Assembly: GCA_013265495.1 (NCBI GenBank)
Contig: MU061579.1
Location: 2,663,319-2,727,318, forward strand
Length of the DNA stretch: 64,000 bases
Reading direction: 5' to 3'
Source: Vicugna vicugna
Taxonomy: Eukaryota
Below are positions 27,471-38,834 of this stretch, piece after piece. The position numbers and the translations under genes are program-made. The notes below the pieces were generated by a model that had not been told where the DNA came from, searched no databases, and saw only the letters and a list, made by a program, of their open reading frames with translations. How positions within the stretch are numbered: position 1 is the first letter of the stretch; each line of letters starts with the position of its first letter.

Positions 27471-28817
27471 TTCTGGATGGTCCTACTATATTCTACAAAC
27501 TTGGTGATGCCAGTGCAATACAAAACCTGCTAAAATGTCAGAGGTACCCAAATGTATTTGTCGAACATTTAGGTTCAATTCAACTCTTGTTGCTACTCTC
27601 AGATTAGAAGAAACAATAAAGTTCATGGTTTGTTGCAAGTCTTCTGAAAGACAAATGAAATGTAACATTTTATGAAATGAAATATTTTAATTATTTTTTC
27701 CCACACCTTGTTTCTTCTGCCTTTGCTTGCCATTCTGTTACTTTCACATCGTTCATGTTAATTTTATACATTCTGAAATCCATCTTACTCTTCACTGTTT
27801 TCTTTTTGCTTTCTCCTCTCAAATTTTAATTGAATTTCTTTTTTCACTTCTTATGTGTCATCTCCCTTCCTTGTTTTCCTTCTTCCTTAGTTTGTTTGGA
27901 AACTGCAAACATGGGGGGATTAGAATGACATCCGTTTAAGTGGAGCATATTGCACAGAATGTCTCACCCATAGTGATCAAAAAGTATTATGACATTCATC
28001 TGCAGGAAGCTCTTAACATCCATCAACAGACTTTTCTGGCCTCCTTTGTTGTTGAAATGTGAATTCTGAATAAGGACATCACAGAAGACTATAAGGTCAA
28101 AAGTGAAATATATTACTTTCCAGATGAAACACTGTAATGTGTGTGCTGATTATAATTAGCATTCTAAATAAGGGTGCTTCAGAGTGCCACAAAAATATAT
28201 TCTTTTATGCTCTTTCAAAATCTTTCAGCAGATTTGTGGGGTGGAAATGCTAAAAGCAATTAAGGCCTTTGCCTTCTTTTCTATAGATATAATGTGGATG
28301 ATTCTCTGTTAAAATATCTCAAAGTAAAGTGGTCTTTTAATTGCACATTACTGTAGACATTTTTGCTATATTCAATTTAAGACATGTCAAATAATTCTCT
28401 ATGGAAAATAACAAATAAAAATCACATCATAACTACCAATTCTTTATCAACGTTTTCTTTCTTCATCTGTTATGTTAAATATGATAGGAGAAGAGATATT
28501 CAGTTATTTCTGTTAAAAATCATAAACTGCTTTTATTTATAAAAGAGAAATGGGCAGGGAGGCAGAGGAAAGAACAAAAACCTACAATCAAATGTATCAG
28601 CTAGAATGTACAGTAGTGATTGCATTTCCATATGATAGTCCAATAAGGTTTCTCATTTACAGGTATTTCATAAGAGAAGTGAGATGTCCTAAAACCTGGT
28701 GATTGAGTCTTCCGTCCTTTTAGGTTCATTATCTTACCGTAAGAGCTCATTTAGCGCATCTCATCCCTGGCACCCACACTGCGTGGGGTGTGGGCACCTT
28801 TATTTCAGGAATACTCA

Positions 28818-29016
28818 GCTGGGGCAGGCAAGCAACAGCTTTATGGCCAAATCGGGCACTTAATCTTTGTATGCTCCAACCCAGCTAAGAAAAAAATTTA
28901 AAATATTTAGAGTTGTCTAAAAAAAATTATTTGGGGCAGAGACCACAAGTGGACTGCAAAGCCTAAATTATTTACAATCTCTCTACAGGAAAAAAAAATA
29001 AAAAAGCCAATCCCTG
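28818..29016. mobile_element. MER58-type hAT MITE
   Basis: ggcaagcaacagctttatggccaaatcggg...gcagagaccacaagtggactgcaaagcctaaattatttac...gccaatccctg. Confidence 0.75.
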
Positions 29017-30464
29017 ATTTATGAGGGAAAAAAAATCCTTCTAAATCGACAATATTATTCAATGTCTCATGCAGTACTTGATCATGACTTTCTAAAAAAA
29101 TTTAATAAAAAATCTGTTACATTTTTTCTCCATTTATTTTCTGAAACTCACCAACTTGTGTGTACATACATAGTGTGGTCACTTTGTTATTACTCAGTTT
29201 TTCAGGGAGTTCACACTCTTTACTCCATTGAAATCGATTCCAGCCAATATTCCAGTGAATTTCATGTTTACTAAACCTAACTGAAATAATATACATTTGC
29301 TCACATAGCATCTCAGTTTGTATAAAGTTCCTTAAAATATAATTGCACAGATAGCTATTAAAGAATCTCTATTTGGCCACTTTGCTATTAGTACTTAAAA
29401 TATTGCTTTCATTTGTGAATTATCACCTTAGATAACTCCAGTCATCTAGGAGGTGACTATTTTTAACTCCTTAATCAAAACGTTGATAATCTCTGATTCT
29501 GTAAAGAAACCAAATTGGTTCTTGAAGTGTTAATTTACTGTCTGAATGTAACATGATCCATTATTTTCTTATCACTGAACTGCATTACCATCTGATCTTT
29601 AAGAAAGTCACATTATATGAAATGACAGACTTGACCTCAAAACCTCTTTTCTGTTGTGCATATCACAGTGTTCTTAAACTAGAAGGACATTTCATGTTTA
29701 ATATATATCATTTTTAACATTAAGACTAAGAATTTGCAATGATTGAATTTGTTTTCTGTGCATCAAATATTGAAGTTCTACCTATACAGAGGTCCTGTTT
29801 TAATAATAATATAAAATGCAGCCTTATTATTTCTTTCACATAGTTGAGAGTGTTACAGACCAACTTTCTTTCTTTCAAAGACCTGTAATCTATTTTAATC
29901 CTGTTTTCAATGTATCTAAGCATCGTAAAGATTCTGAAACACCACATGTTTATTTTCTTTGATTTTAGTCGGGTTATTTGAGGATTAAACAATCTGAAGT
30001 CGCAGCACTAATTACCTCAAATGATCATGCCTAGAATGGGGTCTGTTAGAAATAAGGAGATCATTTCTATAATCCTTCAAGTGCAAACAAAAACACTTAA
30101 AATTTAAATTTCAAAATTTCAAATACCACAGCTCTGTAGGGGTCCTAGGATAGCTTTTCCATAAGATGATTATTCTTTCCTGTTAAAAAGTGAAAGCTAC
30201 TGAAATCCCTGAGAGCAAGTTAGGACTTCAGCACCCCCAAAAGATTTCTGTAAAGCTAGCTCGGTGGAGGTAATTCTATAAGATCTTGTCAACAATGTCA
30301 ATCTTTCCTCTTCTCTACTCAAATTGACGTTTCTCTAGTCCTAGAGAGGAATATAAAAACTCCATTACAATTCCTTTACGTTTTCAAAATGAATTCCCTG
30401 AAGGTCTCTGATTTTTCATTCATTATTTTTAATGTGACCACTTAATGGATGTTTGCTATTTGTC

Positions 30465-30640
30465 AGAATCCTCCTCCACACAATAACCCTATATGAGATG
30501 ATTATTGATATTTTTATTTTAGAAAGTAGAAAACTAAGGCTTGAAATGATAACCTAAAATTATACAACTAGCACGCTATAGAATTGATGTTTTATTCCAA
30601 ATGCTGTCAACTTAAGCAGCCATGAAATTGTTCACTACTT
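30465..30640 (-). mobile_element. diverged MIR
   Basis: caataaccctatatgagatgattattg...attttagaaagtagaaaactaaggcttga. Confidence 0.6.
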
Positions 30641-30701
30641 TACTTTAAAATTCATTCATAGGCATGATACTTGGGAAAAGAGACCACATATTTAATATTC
30701 T

Positions 30702-31060
30702 TGTGTCAGTTTGGGTCCTTTAAGGAGCCGACACCAGATGGATTAAACATGGAAAAGATTAATTGGGTGAAGTGTCTGTGAAGAATAAGGGGGAAGAAGC
30801 CAGGTGAGTTTTCTGGTATGATGCAAGTCTGACATCTTTGAAGAAGGAAGGGAAAGAAGGCAGACTGGGTACTGAGACTTTTGGACTACAGTATAGTACC
30901 AAGAGAGGTTCATAGAAGCAGGCAAGTAAGTGTGTGCTTGAGCCAAAGCTGCCTCATCTGGGGAGAATGGGCCCACCACACTTAGACCCCGGCTGAGAGC
31001 ACCTTTACGGAACAGTCTGAGCTTGAAAATAGTCAGGATGGCAATTACACTGACTGCAGC
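30702..31060 (-). mobile_element. ERVL LTR (LTR16-like)
   Basis: tgtgtcagtttgggtcctttaaggagccgacaccagatggattaaacatggaaaagattaattggg...gatgcaagtctgacatctttgaagaaggaaggg resembles antisense LTR16 family; right boundary approximate. Confidence 0.75.
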
Positions 31061-31758
31061 AAGAGACCTACCTGGTGCATTTCGATGGTTGCCAAAATCT
31101 TCAAAGAATGAAAGATGGTATTTTTCAAATAAAAATTCAGGACAATGTGATATCAATGAACAGGTGTGTGAATCGTGCTCTATCCATTTCCTTACCTGGT
31201 GCACATAGATGCGTGGGTGGCAGGGTAGGAGGCAAAGAATGGAGTGCAGGAGGGGAATGCTGATGCAGGAGTCTCAAAAGAGAGGCTTCAGAGGCCCATG
31301 TCTCGTTCAGCTCTGCAGGCACTAGTTCTGGTCAAATTCAAGGAAAAAGGAGTAACTGAAAGGGAGATCTTAGTTCAGGGAGTCCAAAATGTTTTCTTAA
31401 ACCACAAGAGGGCCAAGTCAGAAACAAGCTGCAAAACACAGAGATTGAAATGAGATGATTCTCAGACCCAAGAGCAATGGGTCCATGGGGCAACTGGGAC
31501 AACACTGGTGAGCTTGGGATGGTTGGGCATAAAGAACTCCAGTTTTTGCAAGTCAATTGCATGTTAAGGGGCAAGGACATAATGAAAAGAGAAAATGGAA
31601 GATGCTATTTAAATTCAGATTTGTTCTGGAAGAATCTGATGCATGATATATATAACACCTTCAATGTTTGTGACTCAAACTAACTCTTGATAAATGTTGA
31701 ACATTTGAGGTTACTTCCAACATGTTTAATAATATCGAAATATGAGTTCATGCTGTAA

Positions 31759-31791
31759 ATACACACATACATATATATATATATATATATG
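31759..31791. repeat. (CA)/(TA)n microsatellite
   Basis: acacacatacatatatatatatatatatat. Confidence 0.9.
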
Positions 31792-33240
31792 GACTAACTT
31801 CTCCGCTGAAATTCTACCCCTTCTGTCTCAGCTTTGTGTATTCCTAAGGTCACTCATCTTTGCAAGACTTTCCATCCCCCAATCTAATGCTTTACCAATT
31901 ATTCGTTGACAGGGATTTACTATCACCTGCGGTCAGAGGAGATGCACAGCACTTCTTGTTGCTATTCCTCCCAGGGAACCAACCGCATTCTGTTAGGCTA
32001 TTTCTGAAGTCTCAAAACATTCTTTTAAGATCCAAAGGGAAGACTCTCAAATGAGCAAATGATCTGTGTTTAGCATCCAGCGTGAATCATGTTAGATTAA
32101 GTTGTGACCCTAGAAACCGCTGCTGATTTGTGCTATGATCTTGCCTTCAATCTTTTAGGGAAAAAAAAAAGAAAAGTTAACTTGCAAATGCAGTTTTAAA
32201 CCACTTATGGTTAAACAAAAGTAAACACACGAAAATTCCATATTAAAACTTCAACAATTCAGATAAGGAAATGCTGCTGGTACAGATACAAGCTTTATCT
32301 GATTGTTGACCTAGTTTCTCAGTTTCAAAGTCACTCAGTCTGCTTATTTGTCTCCGAAGCATTTTTGATGTGCACCGCTTTACAACTGCAGACAGCATTT
32401 GCATTCCTCCAAGTCCAGAGTACAGTTGGGATAATCTTTTTACCTTCACAGTTGTTTTCTTCTCTTAAACAATTGTCTAAATGTCAGGCAACATAGAAGT
32501 GTTTTCAAAAAAGGAAAATCACAAGTCCTCAGTCCTAGGGCAAAGATATTAAAAGGCTTCAGGATGTGATTTATCTTAATTACCTCCTAGGTTCCTTTCC
32601 ATTTCTAATGGCTGCCTATAGTTTAAAAGCGTCAGGAGGTATTTTAAGCGTTTTTCTCTTTTTATAGACTTCCTCCTTCCCAACCCTAACTATTTTGCAA
32701 GTTAGCGGACCAGGGCTTCCCTCTTCCCCCAAAATCTCCTCTCCTAAATTTCCATTTGGAAATAAAGGAAAAAAAAATCAGGCTTAAAAATACTTATTTC
32801 TTAAATTTGACTTTTCTATAGCAACAAGGGCGTCTGCCGTTTCTTTCACACCGTAAATCAAATTTAACTGTGTGCAAGGAGACCAAATGACATTGAAAAT
32901 TAGAGTTTTTGCAGCATTTGAGTAACCTCCAAAAGTTCCCTGCCACTGAACATGAAGTCAGGGATGTCTCGCTGACTGATCTCAATTCCACTTCTGCATC
33001 GGAGTATCGTATAAACAATCAGTTCTCCAAGACATATTGCTTGTATAGACATGATCCTAAGATTTAATTTTAGTCCGAAATCTGCACTGTTGTGAGCGCT
33101 TCATTGGTTCAATCCCCATGTATCCTCTTTCCTTTATTAGCTGTTCATTTCCCCCAGTTGCATAATGTTTAAAATACATACGTTTTTATTAAACAACTTA
33201 GTCCATAAAGCATTCTACCTTGATTTTTTTCTCTCTCAAG

Positions 33241-33249
33241 GAACAGCAG
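33241..33249 (+). other. candidate 9-nt microexon GAACAGCAG
   Basis: ccttgatttttttctctctcaag|GAACAGCAG|gtataag: long pyrimidine tract, AG, frame-preserving length, CAG|GT donor, within a TE-free block. Confidence 0.25.
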
Positions 33250-33718
33250 GTATAAGTTAAACTTCAATATTCTAGTATCAAGGCGTATTATTCCAAAGAA
33301 TGTATTGTGTTGTTATAAAGGAACATCCCCTTCAAAATTTTAATGCTGACTTCCGCAGGACAGACAGGACACAGCTGCATTAACCAGCCAATTGAGAATA
33401 AATATGTCACCCTGTATTGCACATAGTATGTGGTTTTCAGTCAGTCCCACACTCATCTGCCAAAACTTATGACTCTGAATTATGTTAATGGTTTTGGTTT
33501 AGGTCAGTGCACACAATTTAAATACCTACACAATAGCTCGGACTTCCATTCCTCGGTTGAAAGTCCTTCTTCAGCAGGATAGACACATTCAGAAAGCTGA
33601 AGAAGAGTGGCCAGTCTTTCTTAGTTATTTTCATTTGAGCTCACATACTGTCTGACCCATTTTACTCATGTTGCCGAAACATGAGACAGCCTTTTAAAGC
33701 TTGAAAAAGCAGTTACAG

Positions 33719-33756
33719 AACACACAGTGTACACATACACACACATACACACACAT
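33719..33756. repeat. imperfect (CA)n
   Basis: cacacagtgtacacatacacacacatacacacacat. Confidence 0.8.
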
Positions 33757-34371
33757 AAAATGGACAAATGAGTAAAGGGCCAGGTATCTTTTTTTTCTTT
33801 CTTTTTTTTTGGTGCTAATTTCTGAAGTAGAGGCACACACGCGTAAAAACTATTGGTGATCCTAAAAATACCAAGGACTCCTTAGCTATAAAAAATAATA
33901 TATGGCGTGTGGAATGCACTGAATCGATTCATTGTTTTTCAGGGGAACATTCCTATTTTGACCCCTGCATAAATCAGCTAATGTCCTAAAAGCTAAAATT
34001 GCATCGTCCTTTCGTTCACCTAAGTATAAATGCAATTACTGTAGAAATGATCAGATTCAATATTCCTTCAGTGTAGGGACTTCTATCGGTTGAGGCTAAG
34101 TGAATAAATGTATTTACATACTTTTCAAATAAACTTAATTATTAAGTTTTTAAGCAAGGATTCAAAAATTTGCTACTTTTCTGGGGAAATCCCCACCTTA
34201 CCTTTTTATGTTCATAGAAGGTATTTTTACTTATAGTCCTACATGTTATTATTTTAACTGATTCAGGGAAAAAAATTCTTGTATTTTTGCCCCCACAAAT
34301 CATGTAGAGTGAGTGACTCACAAGAGGTTCGATAAGATTTTACATTTAAAAAGGAATCATTATGTCATTTT

Positions 34372-36237
34372 AAGCTCCAACATGTAAAGAACTGGGAAGT
34401 TGTCATTCTTATCCTTAAAATGGCAATGACAGCCCTGGACAGATAATCAATGCTTTTCCTCGTACCCACTAGAGAACTGAGGTTGCAGGGCAAACTGCCA
34501 CCTTGAAATCTGCAGACACAGACCCATCCACCGAGGGACAGACGGAATCTGCAAACCCAGATTAAAAGTCACCGGAGACCTAACCCAACAGAAACACTTA
34601 AAGGGAACTATTGCCTAATGGCTGGAGGCTGAGCGGGGACTGGCTTGAGAATGAGAACCGGCTGGGAGCTGCAGTCTTACTGTGTTTGACGTCTGGGAAC
34701 CACTTCACATTCTTAAAACGAGTATCTGAGAAAGAGTCCCTCACGACTCTGGCAGAGTCGTGGTCACTGTGGGGAAGTGTGGTCACTGTGAAATACACCC
34801 ACACTTTCTCAACAATACACAGATCTTCTTCAAGGAGAGGACTTTGCCTGAGCCTTATCCTAACTGCTGGAAGGGACCTCCGCTCACTTAGTCACCTCCA
34901 GCCTTCCTGTCTCACTTGAAGGGGAAAAAATAAAATAAAATAAAATGATAAAACCTAGTCAGCAGGGGTCAGGGCTCCAAGGAATTAGATTGGGAATACT
35001 TAGCAGTTCTGCACCCAGGCAAGAGAACAGGGGAGGGGAGGAAAAAGCTACACTGCAGGAGAAACACTTGTAGAGGGCACAGCCCAAGGACTCTGGCCGC
35101 TTAAAAGACGGCGATTTTATCAGATGACTGAATGCAGCCCCTCCCCCATACCTTACTGCCACATCAACAGGGCTTCGCGCTAATAACAGTGGGTTATATC
35201 TGAAAGGGCTGCAAAATACAGACTCCCTCTGAGGAGGAGCACTTAGGGAAACCAAAAAAGCCAGCTGAATCAACAGAAACGAGAACATTAAAGGATAAGG
35301 AATCCTTTTGGCACCTACAGCTACAGCAAACATCAAACACACCCCAACCCCTTGCCAGATTAACAGGAAATCTCATAAGAAAGACCTAAGTACCTTTGGT
35401 CCTATCACCTAATAAATTATTTTGCTCAGCTTTGAGCAAAATAATCATGAGGCATGACAAACGCAATAAAAAACAAAGTTTGAAAAGAAAAGGAATCCTC
35501 ATAACCAAACCCAGATATGACACATGGTGGAATTACAGCACAGCAAGTTTAAAAGAACAATGATTAGTATGTTAAGAGCACTACTGGAAAAAGGAAACAT
35601 CACGCATGAATAGATAAGTATTATATGCAGGGCTATGGTAAGTGGAAGAAAGAATTAAAAGAAAACGTGAAAAATCAAAAACTGTAAGAAAAATGAAGAA
35701 TATCTTTGACAGACCCATCGGTAGACATGGCATGACTAGGAAAGAACCAGTAAGCTTGACGACAGGTTAATGGAAAGGGAAAGAAAAAGAATTAAGTGAC
35801 TAGAGCTGTGAGAAAGTGTCAAGACGAAAAAAGTGCACAAAATTGGAAAAGCAAAAGCAGAAGGGAGGACACATTGAAGTAATTGTGGCAGAGAATTTTC
35901 CAAAGTGAATGATAGACACCAAACCACAGATTCAGGAGCCTAGAAGTGTGGCAAGCAGGAAAAACACTGAAACGGCAAAAACAGATCTAGGCATATCTTA
36001 TTCTAACTGCAGAAAACTGAAAATAGGGAAAACTTTGAAAGGAGCCAGAGGAGAAAACAGCTTACCTAGAGAAGAGCAAGGCTAAGGATTACAGCTGATT
36101 TCTTGTCAGATACCATGCAAGCCAGAGAATATGGTGACGTATTTCAGTTTTGGGGGGAAAAAACCCACCTCCACCAAACATGAATTCTGTAGCCAGTAAA
36201 ATTCTATTTCAAAAGTAGAGAAATAAAACCTCTACGA
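34372..36237 (+). mobile_element. old L1 (L1MD-like) 5' UTR and ORF1, part 1
   Basis: agctccaacatgtaaagaactgggaagttgtcattc...agagaactgaggttgcagggcaaactgccacc 5' end; decayed ORF1 (gcagagaattttccaaag, ggattacagctgatttcttgtcagataccatgcaagccag). Confidence 0.8.
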
Positions 36238-36774
36238 TATATGCCCAGGAGTGAGATTCCTGGGTCATATGGTAAGTCTATTCCTAGTCTTTTGAGGAAT
36301 CTCCATACTGTTTTCCACAGTGGCTGCACCAAACTGCATTCCCACTGACAACATAATGCCATTTGCAGAACATGGATGCTCCTGGAGAATGTTATTCTAA
36401 GTGAAGTAAGCCAGAAAGAGAAAGAAAAATGCCATATGAGATCACTCATATGTGGAATCTAAAAATATAAATAAATAAACAAAGCATAAATACAAAACAG
36501 AAATAGACTCATCGACATAGAATACAAACTTGTGGTTGCCAAGGGGGCAGAGGGTGGGAAGGGATAGACTGGGATTTCAAAATTGTAGAATAGATAAACA
36601 AGATTATACTGTATAGCACAGGGAAATTTATACAAGATCTTATGGTAGCTCACAGATAAAAAAATTCGACAATATATATATATGTTCATGTATAACTGAA
36701 AAATTGTGCTCTACACTGGAATTTGACACAACATTGTAAAATGATTATAAATCAATTAAAAAAAGTTAAAAAAA
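36238..36774 (+). mobile_element. young 5'-truncated, 5'-inverted L1 (lineage-specific, camelid-like 3' UTR)
   Basis: 36238-~36346 is antisense ORF2 C-terminus ([29 protein letters not shown] in ORF track); ~36347-36774 is sense ORF2 end, 3' UTR and A tail; TSD aaaacctctacga (36225-36237) / aaaacctctatga (36775-36787). Confidence 0.92.
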
Positions 36775-37800
36775 AAAACCTCTATGAAAAGACAAAAACA
36801 AAATAAAGGCTTAGGGAAGTCATTGCCAGCAGACCTGCCTCCAAGAATGTTAAAAGAAGGTCTTCAAGAAGAGTGATCAAAAAGTGGTCAGAAATTTGGA
36901 TCTGCATAAAGAAAGGGCCAGCATCAAAGAAGGAGTAAATAAAACTAAAATAAAGTGTATTTTCCTCTCTTAATTGATGTAAAAATAAATGTTTATTTAC
37001 AGCAATAATAGCAATAGTAGCCATGTACTAGCAGATTACAACATATGAAAAAGTGAAATGAAAGACGCCAAGGTCACAAGGGATAAGAGGGACGAAGTAG
37101 GGAAACTGCTATAAAGTACCTGCCTTACTTGTGAGTGGTTGAGTGCTACTTGAAGGTGAATTTAGATTCATCAAAAGAGTATACTGTAAATTCTAGAGAA
37201 AGTACTAAAAGTTTTTTTAAAGTATGAGAGAGGATAAAATGAGAGGTTCCAAAATCAACCATTCCAAAGTAGCAACGAGCCAACCTCACACCTGGCTCTT
37301 TGTTTCTAACAACATGCTTCAGGTGAAGGAGCTGGGATGCCCTGAAGAAAAGACTGATCGTAGGGCTGGGGCAGGGAGTACACAAGACGAGCCCAGAGTG
37401 CCCTGTAGCTCGGGAAAGTAAGAAAGTGCTCCAACACACACACGTGAACTTGCGGGAATTATGGGTGTGGAGCGGTGTGGGAGGGCATCAGCAGGCTCCT
37501 GGAGCAGACTGGCTGGAAGAGCCTCCAGTGGTCAAAACTGGAAAATTTTGCACCACAAAATGAAGTAATATTGGATTATGACACAAAGTATAAAATAAAT
37601 ATCCATGATATGAATAAACGGTTGAGTAAATAAATAAATCGAGAGAAAAGACAAATCTCTTGTGGCAGAATTCCAGATAACTTAAGCAGATCCTTCACCC
37701 TCAAGAAAATGGAACCTGATTCCCCACTCCTCAGGTGCAGATTGCTCCCACTGACTTCCCTTCACATCATACGGTAAGTAAAGCGGGCAGGGGAGAAGTA
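36775..37800 (+). mobile_element. old L1 (L1MD-like) part 2: ORF1 end, inter-ORF region, then 3' UTR
   Basis: gccagcagacctgcctccaagaatgttaaaagaag (ORF1 end); from ~37280 sequence similar to the L1 3' UTR at 63650-64000 (aaagtataaaataaatatccatga...agacaaatctc...gaattcca). Confidence 0.75.
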
Positions 37801-38326
37801 GGAAGACATTAAAGTCTCCCTTCACATACCCAACAAATTCAAGCAGAGTTTATCCCAAAGTCTTCTCATTTGAACTGATTATAAAATATATTTAAATAGG
37901 TCATTTTGCCCTTCAGATTAATTTTCAATGTTTCTTGCATTGTTAGCAGGCTTGAAAAATGTCTGCTAAAACGGCCAGATTAAGGTTAATTCCTGATAGC
38001 TGAAAAAGAATCTGTTGCATCCTTAAAAATCTCTAGTTTTGAAAATGCCATACTGACAGATCACTTCAGATGCCGGGGGTAAGGATGAAGAATCATATCC
38101 AGTTTTTAAAAAATGCATTTATGGCTAGGATCACATATGAGAGATTCTGGGGTTTTGTTAGTTCGTTTTATGTGGTTTGTTTTAATATGAATTATTCTTG
38201 ACAGAAGAGTTGGGAGTGCTTAACACATAATCAGATGTTTAATCCTTTGTTTATTATATGTCTGCTACTAATTTGTCTTTCACCCTCATTTATTAACTGA
38301 ATTTTTTAATTAATAAAATAATAATC

Positions 38327-38619
38327 GAAAGTAAATATAAAAAGTTAAAAATTAAGTTGTTTTTCTAACTCATTTCTAATGAGACTTTAGACACATGGTC
38401 TAATCATATAAATACACTTCCAGTTTTGCAACATGTTACCCAATTCTTGTGGGAATTAAACAAAGTAATGTTTAGAAAAATAGTTTATAAACACTAGAAA
38501 TCTATTTTTAAAAAAAAACTAGAAGTTACTATTAATTTTATTATGATGACAATATTTTATCAAGTGCTGTCAATGCCCCCACAGTGTAAAAATTTTCTTA
38601 AAGTGCTCATGAATATAAA
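38327..38619 (+). repeat. long inverted repeat, left arm
   Basis: manual alignment to the reverse complement of 40189-40477: about 24 substitutions and 4 gap bases in ~293 bp; 43-bp perfect core at 38418-38460. Confidence 0.97.
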
Positions 38620-38699
38620 GTCCGAAAGTGGTGGCCCTCATGGTACATCAGGCTTATATATGTGTTTTTATAGACTCTTAATATGTGTGTTTGTTTTAG

Positions 38700-38834
38700 T
38701 TGCTGACATTGAGAAATCAGAATGTTTTACATAAAAATATGGACTTCTGGCTTCTTTGGAAGGAAAAACATCTTGGCCAACAGCACTCTCTCTCTGAAAC
38801 AGCGTGGTGGAGCTTCCTGGTTTTATCCTGTTTC
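38700..38834 (+). other. candidate 135-nt cassette exon inside the inverted-repeat spacer
   Basis: tgtgtgtttgttttag|TTGCTG...TGTTTC|gtaagg; 45 codons open in phase 0 (LLTLRNQNVLHKNMDFWLLWKEKHLGQQHSLSETAWWSFLVLSCF); peptide not recognised. Confidence 0.2.

Noticed and set aside
30743..31204. 153-aa minus ORF
   Set aside because: Mostly lies within an LTR16-like element; not a gene.
32243..33018. Minus ORFs 32243-32449 and 32794-33018 as coding exons
   Set aside because: Peptides not recognised in the frames examined, and splice signals weak; kept only as part of the unique-block finding.
38306..38322. 17-bp inverted match (ttaattaataaaataat) to 40135-40151, out of register with the main arms
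   Set aside because: Pure A/T low-complexity sequence that does not extend; likely chance.
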